From NCBI GenBank assembly GCA_002291845.1, contig DBAU01000110.1:24030-88029 (forward strand): DNA of 64,000 bases, written 5' to 3'. Both the position numbers and the translations under genes were made by a program. Source of the stretch: Alphaproteobacteria bacterium UBA1002. GTDB taxonomy: Bacteria > Pseudomonadota > Alphaproteobacteria > Rickettsiales > UBA998. Positions 47,626-54,410 of this stretch are shown here, piece by piece. Position 1 is the first letter of the stretch. The number at the start of each line of letters is the position of its first letter. Below the pieces are notes generated by a model. The model saw nothing but the letters and a program-made list of their open reading frames with translations, was not told the DNA's origin and made no database searches.

Positions 47626-49728
47626 ATGGAAACACGTGCCTTGGTGCCTTCTATGTCGCGCGCATCGAAACTGGCGATGCTTGGCGCATGGCTTTTTCTA
47701 GTCCTTATTGGGTTTTCCGCTGTTTTCTGGATGGCGCAGGAAGAAATCTCGCGTCAAGAGGCCGAGTGGGAGAACCGTCTTGAAATGCTCTCAGCCTCAC
47801 AAAGCCGCAATGTCGGGGGATGGATCGCACAACGCCGAGAAGCGTTGGCCAATCTAGCCGATAATCTTTCACTCAAACTGTACATGACAGAGCTTTCTGC
47901 TATCTCGCAGCCTCAGGATTTTGGGCTGGAAGAGCCTGCCCAGCTGATGTTTTTGCGTAATTTAATCTTCAGCACCGCAGCCAATAATGGCTTTGGGGGC
48001 ATGGCACAGCCGGATGTGCGGGCGAATACCGATATTGAAAAAGACGGGGGTATCATGCTGCTCAATGTTCGCGGTGAGGCGCTGGTTATGAGCCGGAACA
48101 TGCCCGCTCTGAGCCAGCTCCCGACCGAATTGCAAGCCGCTAAGGATGCCAAAGAACCGCTTTTCAGCGGTCCATTTCTAATCAATGATCAACAAGTTGC
48201 GGTGGCTTTCCGCCAGCCGGTCATGCCAGTGCAAGCGGAAGACAATGCTACACCGATTGGTCAGATTATGGCCGTTGCGACCCTGGATGATAAATTTTTC
48301 CGGCTGCTGGAGCCTGCGGTTCCACAGGGAAAAACGGCCGAAGGTCTGCTGGTTAGCTGGGATGATAGTGAACTGACGTATTTTTCTAATCCGAAGGATA
48401 CGCAAGAGCCGATGGCGCAACGCGCAGGTCAGAGCGATCCGGCGACAGTGGCCGCCATTCAATCCAGCGGGCGTATGGTGGGCGCACGTGACGCCCGAGA
48501 GCGGCAGGTTTTCGCAATTGCCCAACCCGTTGAAAATGCAAGGGGATGGTGGCTGATCCGAAAGGTAGAGCGCCGAGCCGCACTCGGTGATGCCCTCCAA
48601 CGCACACGCTTGTGGAAAATCAGTTATTTATTGTGTGCTGCATTATTAACCGCTGCCGCCATCGCATTCTTCCGTCATCAATCAGCACTGCGCGCCAAAG
48701 AAGCGGCACGCCATTACCGCAGTTTGGCTAATCGCATTGAACGGCAGGAACAGTTACTTACCCTGATTGCCGAAACCTCCCCGGTGGCTACCTACATTCT
48801 CGATGCGGAGGAGCGATTACGGTATGCCAACCGACGCGCGGCAGAAGCGTGTGGCATGGATCGCGAATCGCTGATTGGCAAAGGGCTTATTGATATTCTT
48901 GGGGCCGCCCGCGCTGAATCCATCCTGAGAGTGAATAAGGAAGCACTGGAAGGGCATGCCTCACGGAGCTCTCTTGAGCAGGAGGTCGTCGATGACCTGC
49001 CCGTCCGCGCTCTCGCGCGTGAGCATATCCCCCTTTACGCCATCCCCTTTGGCGATGCAGAAACTACCCAGCCCGGTGTGCTGGTTCTGGAATCAGATGT
49101 CACATCGCTGATCCAAAGCCAGGAAAAACAACAGCGTACGCTGCATCATCTGATCCGTACCATGGTAGCTATTGTCGATAAGCGTGATCCACATGCCGCC
49201 CATCATTCTGCGTGTGTTTCGATGATTGCTGAGGCGGTGGCACATACCATGCAGTTGGCCAGCCCTTATCCGGAAGCTGCTGCGGTTGCCGGACAATTGC
49301 TAAATCTTGGGAAAATTCTAGTCCCGGAGGAACTGCTAACAGCAAAATCACTAAAAGCCGATGAACGGGAGAGGATTCGCGCGTCGTTAAAAGCAACAGC
49401 AGATTTATTGCAAGGCATCGACTTTACCGGACCGGTTGTCGAAACCATCCGACAATCTCAGGAATCGGTGGATGGCAGTGGCCCTCTTGGACTAAAGGGT
49501 GATGCAATTTTAATTTCTGCCCGCATTGTGCATGCTGCCAACAACTTTGTGGCCCTCATCAGTGCACGCGCTTACCGCAGCGGAAAATCCGTTGATGAGG
49601 CCTTAAAAATCCTTCTGGAAGGCATCGATACGCAATTCGACCGATCGGTTGTCGCGGCCCTAGTTACCTACATGGATAATGGAGGCGGCCGGACAGCACT
49701 GACGGACTGCTTAAAAGAGGCGGCATAG
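47626..49728 (+). CDS. Transmembrane signalling receptor: periplasmic sensor domain, PAS, degenerate HD-GYP domain
   Basis: TM1 is LAMLGAWLFLVLIGFSAVFW, followed by about 280 aa of periplasmic sequence and TM2 LWKISYLLCAALLTAAAIAFF. A PAS-like region (VATYILDAEERLRYANRRAAEACGM) follows, then an HD-GYP-like fold with mutated metal ligands (LNLGK for HDIGK, GSGPLGLKG for GSGYPxGLKG). Confidence 0.75.
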   Translation: METRALVPSMSRASKLAMLGAWLFLVLIGFSAVFWMAQEEISRQEAEWENRLEMLSASQSRNVGGWIAQRREALANLADNLSLKLYMTELSAISQPQDFGLEEPAQLMFLRNLIFSTAANNGFGGMAQPDVRANTDIEKDGGIMLLNVRGEALVMSRNMPALSQLPTELQAAKDAKEPLFSGPFLINDQQVAVAFRQPVMPVQAEDNATPIGQIMAVATLDDKFFRLLEPAVPQGKTAEGLLVSWDDSELTYFSNPKDTQEPMAQRAGQSDPATVAAIQSSGRMVGARDARERQVFAIAQPVENARGWWLIRKVERRAALGDALQRTRLWKISYLLCAALLTAAAIAFFRHQSALRAKEAARHYRSLANRIERQEQLLTLIAETSPVATYILDAEERLRYANRRAAEACGMDRESLIGKGLIDILGAARAESILRVNKEALEGHASRSSLEQEVVDDLPVRALAREHIPLYAIPFGDAETTQPGVLVLESDVTSLIQSQEKQQRTLHHLIRTMVAIVDKRDPHAAHHSACVSMIAEAVAHTMQLASPYPEAAAVAGQLLNLGKILVPEELLTAKSLKADERERIRASLKATADLLQGIDFTGPVVETIRQSQESVDGSGPLGLKGDAILISARIVHAANNFVALISARAYRSGKSVDEALKILLEGIDTQFDRSVVAALVTYMDNGGGRTALTDCLKEAA

Positions 49729-49784
49729 CGCACATAAACACACAAACATCACCCCCGCATGGCGGGTAGCGTATGTTTGAAACA

Positions 49785-49859
49785 TGGTGCCGATGAGAAG
49801 AATCGAACTTCCGACCCCGTCATTACCAATGACGTGCTCTACCACTGAGCTACATCGGC
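49785..49859 (-). tRNA. tRNA-Thr (anticodon GGU)
   Basis: Cloverleaf folded by hand. Acceptor GCCGATG/CATCGGC, anticodon arm CGTCA-TTGGTAA-TGACG, T-loop TTCGATT and an encoded CCA. Confidence 0.9.
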
Positions 49860-50008
49860 ATCCCGTTTCCACCGCATGCGACTTTCGTGTGACGTTGCCC
49901 TGACGGACCCACGCAAACGGTGCGCACAGCCACCAAAGTGCTGGCGGAAGGTGGCGCAATCTGCCATATCGACCTGACCTTGGCAAGACCGTTTTGGAGT
50001 TCCGCGTA

Positions 50009-50152
50009 ATGACCGAGTCCTCACCGCCGGGCCAACCACGTCCAGCAAACCGCCGCGCCAACGAGAAGCGGCGAGAAACACTTCAAAAGCAATTGCGCGC
50101 CAACTTAGGGCGCCGCAAGAAAATATCGTCGACTAAAAAAGCGTCATCGTAA
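50009..50152 (+). CDS. Possible small basic protein (47 aa)
   Basis: ATG-initiated ORF MTESSPPGQPRPANRRANEKRRETLQKQLRANLGRRKKISSTKKASS, below the ORF-track cutoff. No family recognised. Confidence 0.2.
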   Translation: MTESSPPGQPRPANRRANEKRRETLQKQLRANLGRRKKISSTKKASS

Positions 50153-50199
50153 TGTCACCAAAGTCGCGTATAATCATATTCTAACTGATTGGGGCTCCT

Positions 50200-50478
50200 T
50201 TGGACCGCAAACAACGATTACGGCTGATCCACGAACGCAACCGGCGTCATCAACTGGTTTTTCAGCATGCCGAGCAGCACCAGCAAAACACCGATGCCCT
50301 GCGCGAGGCGCAACAAGACCTCCTACCTCCTCCGCCTCCGCCCTCAACCGACGAGCAGCCCGTATGGAGTGCGCGAACGCAGGAAATTCGCAGTCGTTTA
50401 AATGGCAAACGCCGCGCGGCCAGGGACCGCTTTAACCGGTTTGCCGGCACTTCAGATGCCGGCGCCATGGGACGCTAG
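50200..50478 (+). CDS. Hypothetical protein
   Basis: 92-aa ORF with a TTG start. Charged and Pro-rich. No family recognised. Confidence 0.25.
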   Translation: MDRKQRLRLIHERNRRHQLVFQHAEQHQQNTDALREAQQDLLPPPPPPSTDEQPVWSARTQEIRSRLNGKRRAARDRFNRFAGTSDAGAMGR

Positions 50479-50504
50479 GTTACAAAACCGCAGGTAATGG
50501 CGTA

Positions 50505-51251
50505 TTACGCACGCATTTTCGGCATGACCCGGCTTAGCCCGCCATCTATGGCCAGCACCTGCCCTGTAATCCAGTTATTGGCAGGATCAAGTAACCACGC
50601 CACGGCCGAAGCAATATGCTCCGGCTGCCCCAGGCGGCCCAGCGGATGCAACGCCTGAGAGACTTTACGGGATGCTTCATTGGCTGTAAGCGAGGCCGTT
50701 AAGGGAGTCTCCGTCAAGCCCGGCGCGACAACATTCACCCGCAGGTTACTGCCAGCATAGGTTGCTGCTGCCGCCTGCGCCAAGCCGATCACCCCCGCCT
50801 TGGCCGCGGCTATGGCTTCGTGGCTGGCCAGCCCATGCATCGCCGCGGTGGAAGACATCAAAACGACAGAACCCCCCGTTGCAGCAAGGCGCTTGCCTGC
50901 CGCACGCACCGTTGCAAAAGCAGGCTTGAGATTCGCCGCGATGACGGCGTCAAAATCCCCTTCACTGGTGAGGTGCGCCGGCTTGAGATAAAGCGAACCT
51001 GGAAAAGCCGCCACTCCGTCCAGGCCCCCCAGAGCATCCATTGCCTGAGTCATCGCCGCTTCAACGGCTTCAAACCGGTCAGCATCACACAAGCACCATC
51101 CGGCAGCCCCAACCGCCTCAGCAGCGGCACGCGTTGCCGCCTCCTGACGTCCAGTCAGAAAGACAGAGCCGCCCGCACGGATGAGAATCTCTGCGGTGGC
51201 TTGGGCGATTTTGCTCGTACCGGCAATAAGCAAATAGCGTGGGGCCGTCAT
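50505..51251 (-). CDS. Short-chain dehydrogenase/reductase (SDR)
   Basis: Rossmann N-terminus, a catalytic region with SSTAA....AAAKAG, and NLRVNVVAPGLTETP. Confidence 0.85.
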   Translation of the reverse strand: MTAPRYLLIAGTSKIAQATAEILIRAGGSVFLTGRQEAATRAAAEAVGAAGWCLCDADRFEAVEAAMTQAMDALGGLDGVAAFPGSLYLKPAHLTSEGDFDAVIAANLKPAFATVRAAGKRLAATGGSVVLMSSTAAMHGLASHEAIAAAKAGVIGLAQAAAATYAGSNLRVNVVAPGLTETPLTASLTANEASRKVSQALHPLGRLGQPEHIASAVAWLLDPANNWITGQVLAIDGGLSRVMPKMRA

Positions 51252-51417
51252 GTATACTCCTTAACTGCGTTAGCCTCTATTTAGATAAGATTTTTCTTAT
51301 TTAGTAGGGGTGGGCTGCTCAAAAACGGTGGTTTTTTCATCGTGATTTGCAAAATGTGGTGAAAAATCTACGCAAAATTTTGATTTTTTTGTTTTGAGCA
51401 GCAAGGACACACACGCA

Positions 51418-51432
51418 TTAAAACATTCTTAA
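51418..51432 (+). promoter_or_regulatory. Candidate CtrA-type box TTAA-N7-TTAA upstream of the pilin gene
   Basis: ttaa-aacattc-ttaa is an exact match to the spacing motif. It lies 67-81 nt upstream of the pilin ATG, in an AT-rich context where chance matches are plausible. Confidence 0.25.
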
Positions 51433-51448
51433 ATTTTGCCTCGCATAG

Positions 51449-51463
51449 TGGCCTCAAGCATGC
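51449..51463 (+). promoter_or_regulatory. Candidate sigma-54 -24/-12 element upstream of the pilin gene
   Basis: TGGCCTCAAGCATGC has GG and GC at the canonical 10-nt spacing of TGGCAC-N5-TTGC. It ends 36 nt upstream of the ATG. Confidence 0.25.
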
Positions 51464-51498
51464 CGCATCCGGTGTGCCAATGAACATGGAGAAATTGC

Positions 51499-52344
51499 AT
51501 GCAAACCCCCTCTCGTCGCTCGTCACAGGCGGGCTTTACCCTGATCGAATTATCGATCGTTCTGGTAATCATCGGCCTCATTGCCGGTGGTGTACTGGTT
51601 GGTCAAGATCTGATTCGCGCCGCTGAAATCCGTAGCCAAATCGACCAGCTTGACGCATATGACGCCGCAGTGAATACCTTCCGCGGCAAATACAATGGTT
51701 TGCCGGGAGATCTCTCCACCGCAGCCAACTTTGGTCTGGCCAACACCAACCTTCTGGCAACCGCACGTGGCCGAGGCAACGGGAATGGCCTGATCGAAAG
51801 CGCCGGCACCACGGGATTGGTTGGCTATATGGGTGAAAACGTGATTGCCCTGACGCACCTCAACCAGGCCAACTTGACCAAGGAAGGTATGCTTACAGTT
51901 GACTACACCGCGGCGATCACCGGTATTGCTGATACCAACATGCCCCCCGCCAAGCTGGGTAAAGGAAATCGCATTTACTTTACCGCTCTCAACGGCCTGC
52001 ATTTCTACTTTATTGCAGGATTTAACGGCAACACCACTGCCACCACGGCGGTCTTCAGTGCGGCCCCAACGGACAACATGACCCCAAATGAGGCGTTCCA
52101 GATCGACACCAAGCTCGATGATGGTATTCCCAACACGGGGATTGTTCGTCCCCTCACCTTCGCCGCTGCAGCAACCGTAGCGGGTGTAGCCGCTGCGGGT
52201 GAAGCGGGTGCCACCGACGCCGGTGCAGCCACCCCGGCCGCGGGTGATTGCTGGGACACGGATGCTCCAGTCCGTTATGCCACCGACACGGCCACTACGC
52301 GTGACATCGTTGGCTGCCAGCTGCGTATCCGCGCCAGCTTCTAA
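51499..52344 (+). CDS. Prepilin-type N-terminal cleavage/methylation domain protein (large type IV pilin or pseudopilin)
   Basis: Leader MQTPSRRSSQAG then FTLIELSIVLVIIGLIAGG (Gly-1, Phe+1, Glu+5). C-terminal Cys pair CWDTD...VGC resembles a pilin D-region. Confidence 0.75.
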   Translation: MQTPSRRSSQAGFTLIELSIVLVIIGLIAGGVLVGQDLIRAAEIRSQIDQLDAYDAAVNTFRGKYNGLPGDLSTAANFGLANTNLLATARGRGNGNGLIESAGTTGLVGYMGENVIALTHLNQANLTKEGMLTVDYTAAITGIADTNMPPAKLGKGNRIYFTALNGLHFYFIAGFNGNTTATTAVFSAAPTDNMTPNEAFQIDTKLDDGIPNTGIVRPLTFAAAATVAGVAAAGEAGATDAGAATPAAGDCWDTDAPVRYATDTATTRDIVGCQLRIRASF

Positions 52345-52360
52345 TGCCTACGCTTAAGAA

Positions 52361-52397
52361 AACCCCCGGGGTGGAACACTCCGGGGGTTTTTGTTTT
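52361..52397 (+). terminator. Rho-independent terminator after the pilin gene
   Basis: aacccccgg-N11-ccgggggtt followed by tttgtttt. Confidence 0.7.
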
Positions 52398-52470
52398 AGG
52401 CGCCCGCGACCCTGCCCACTAAACGCAGGTTTTCCTTGCTTTCTGGTCTATGCTACGCTCCTTTGTTTGC

Positions 52471-52836
52471 ATGTCACCCTCTGATACAGCTCTTTCCTCC
52501 CCGCAGGTCACCCAGCTCCTCTACGTCACTGCACCCGATGCCAAGACGGCAGACCATCTGGCCCGTCTGGCCCTCGAAGCGCGCTTGGCAGCCTGCGTCA
52601 ATGTGCTCGGCACAATCCAGAGCCATTACTGGTGGGAAGGCCAGCTCCAGCAGAACGAAGAGATTGCCCTGCTCTTTAAGACCACTGCCCCCCATACAGA
52701 CGCGCTATGTCAGGCACTGGTGGCGGCACACCCTTATGCCTGCCCCTGCGTACTGGTATTGCCCGTGCAGGACGGCCACGCTCCATTTCTGCAATGGATT
52801 GCCGCGCAAACCACCTCTGGCGCAAACCATGCTTAA
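52471..52836 (+). CDS. cutA: Divalent-cation tolerance protein CutA
   Basis: LAACVNVLGTIQSHYWWEGQ and HPYACPCVLVLPV. Start set at MSPSD. Confidence 0.8.
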   Translation: MSPSDTALSSPQVTQLLYVTAPDAKTADHLARLALEARLAACVNVLGTIQSHYWWEGQLQQNEEIALLFKTTAPHTDALCQALVAAHPYACPCVLVLPVQDGHAPFLQWIAAQTTSGANHA

Positions 52837-52889
52837 GCTATTGCAAGGCTAGAATGACTGTTGTATGTAACGCCTCTCCCTTGCCTTGT

Positions 52890-52964
52890 TGGGGCGTAGC
52901 CAAGCGGTAAGGCAGCGGTTTTTGGTACCGCCATTCCCAGGTTCGAATCCTGGCGCCCCAGCCA
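52890..52964 (+). tRNA. tRNA-Gln (anticodon UUG)
   Basis: Acceptor TGGGGCG/CGCCCCA, anticodon arm GCGGT-TTTTGGT-ACCGC, T-loop GGTTCGAATCC and an encoded CCA. Confidence 0.9.
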
Positions 52965-53008
52965 CTTTTTCCTTCTCTAACTTCTTTCTAGACTGAGATA
53001 TCGAAAAA

Positions 53009-53300
53009 CTGGCCCTTTTGGCTGTTTCTCCGGGCTTCACCGCTACATACGAATCAGGGATTTTTGGGCAAATACTGAAAAATATGGCCTTTTCTCTGCG
53101 ATTGTCTCACTGGCGAAGTTTTCGAGGTGACGTTTCCTCGTTTTGGCCTTTTCCCTGATAAGGGCGAAAATACAGGGAATATGACAATTTAACTGGGAAT
53201 GGATGTTTTCGAGAGAACCTAAAGCCCAGGCGCATAGCCAGTTTCAAAGCCATTTCCCTAAAAATGATAACAGGGAATCATTTCAATACATCAGGGAAGC
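53009..53300. repeat. Array of short repeats next to the tRNA-Gln 3' end
   Basis: Core (C)AGGGAA occurs at 53055, 53173, 53193 (ctgggaat), 53271 and 53292 forward, and at 53151 and 53252 reverse. TGGCC(C)TTTT occurs at 53010, 53085 and 53144. The last two extend to 14-mers tggccttttctctg and tggccttttccctg. Confidence 0.5.
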
Positions 53301-53861
53301 AGAGCACCTGTTTCTGGGAAGGCCATTCCACCGGCAGATTGGCAATCAGATCTTGCAGATGCAATGTCGCCGGCTGGCTACCGGTGAGGATGCCGGAGAG
53401 AATCTCCGGTGTAAGAAACATTAGATTCACAATGCGCGAAACATAGGTGCGACTCATGCCAACCTGCTGCGCCAACTCGGTGATGGTCACCTCCCCCGTT
53501 TCTAACAGACGGTTCCACCGCCAGGATTTCACCAGGGCATTCACCAGTACTGGATTCTAGCGTGACCGCCGAACACTCTTCAGCGGCCTTGCCATTGCCC
53601 CGGGTTGTGTAGGTTGGCGTATAGACACCCCCAGAGGGAGCGTAGCACTTGCCAGCAAGTAAGGTCCCATGCTTGGCATGCGCCTTAGCGCGATGTTGCT
53701 GGCCTTCTTTCAATGCCGCCTGCACCTCCTGCCAGAGTTCCATCGGAATGATGGCCTGATGCTGGCCTTCGTAGGTTTTATCCTTATGGATGATGCGGCC
53801 GATATAGAGCGGGTTGTTGAGAATCTTATAGAGCGCCTGATAGCTGAAGGGCTGGCCGCCC
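53278..53861 (-). pseudogene. Large serine recombinase remnant (no catalytic N-terminal domain, frameshifted, internally deleted)
   Basis: Three frames carry recombinase-domain text. These are KGGQPFSYQALYKILNNPLYIGRIIHKDKTYEGQHQAIIPMELWQEVQA, then AKHGTLLAGKCYAPSGGVYTPTY, then MSRTYVSRIVNLMFLTPEILSGILTGSQPATL. An in-frame TAG lies at about 53862. Confidence 0.65.
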
Positions 53862-53869
53862 TTCTACAC

Positions 53870-54120
53870 CAGGAATTCACCAATGCGGCTGATGGCAATG
53901 TTATTGAATTAAAGAACAACTATCGCTCAACTCCAAGGATAATCAACGTAGCCAATGCTTGGTCACAGACCATTCAGCAACTTGGCTCTTTACCGAATCC
54001 TCATATGGCACACGGGAACACGGGACGTACTGATTATTCAGAGCGACATGTGTCGATTAGCAGATTTGCAGATACTGTTGCAGAAGCGGATAGAATTGCA
54101 GCTACAATTAATGCACTAGT
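53870..54120 (+). pseudogene. UvrD/Rep-family helicase internal fragment
   Basis: VIELKNNYRSTPRIINVANAW resembles the conserved UvrD-family xLxxNYRS motif region, with no upstream Walker motifs. It abuts the recombinase remnant on the opposite strand. Confidence 0.5.
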
Positions 54121-54286
54121 GAACGCTGCAGCCAAGCTGAGCGGCTACATCGCCGCTAATCTTCGTATCGGCCGCCACTTGCTGTGTAAGCTCATTAAGT
54201 TTTGCCGCGATTCCCTTACGCGCTTCTCCAAGCTGACCCAGAATTTGTGATTCTTTCTCAAGTGCTTCCTTGTCAAATGTCAGCAT
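54116..54286 (-). CDS. Possible small coiled-coil protein (56 aa)
   Basis: An ATG behind GGGGG-N5. Sequence MLTFDKEALEKESQILGQLGEARKGIAAKLNELTQQVAAD. No family recognised. Confidence 0.25.
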   Translation of the reverse strand: MLTFDKEALEKESQILGQLGEARKGIAAKLNELTQQVAADTKISGDVAAQLGCSVH

Positions 54287-54410
54287 ATGTGCCCCCAGAT
54301 TTTTTTGCCCCAAGACTATCTAACAGGATTGTTACGGCTTCATGTCGGTAAAATATGAATTTTTTATGACACGCTAGCGAGCATGGTGAAGTAGCCTGTA
54401 TAGTGATTTC

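Noticed and set aside
47815-47832. GGWIAQ in the receptor's periplasmic region, resembling the LapD GWxQ loop that binds LapG.
   Set aside because: The spacing differs (GW-IA-Q, not GWxQ). The motif lies only about 25 residues after TM1, in what looks like a membrane-proximal helix, and the periplasmic domain is about twice the size of LapD's. The resemblance is too weak to use as evidence.
40259-49859. The idea that the whole TPS/BTLCP/receptor cluster is an island integrated at the 3' end of tRNA-Thr, which faces it.
   Set aside because: There is no integrase gene or remnant, and I could find no repeat of the tRNA-Thr 3' end near rodA/sapC. The sapC stop overlaps the rodA stop, leaving no room for an attachment-site scar.
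49711-50081. Minus-strand ORFs of 116 aa and 80 aa.
   Set aside because: They run through the tRNA-Thr gene and have Arg/Cys/Trp-rich artefact-like composition.
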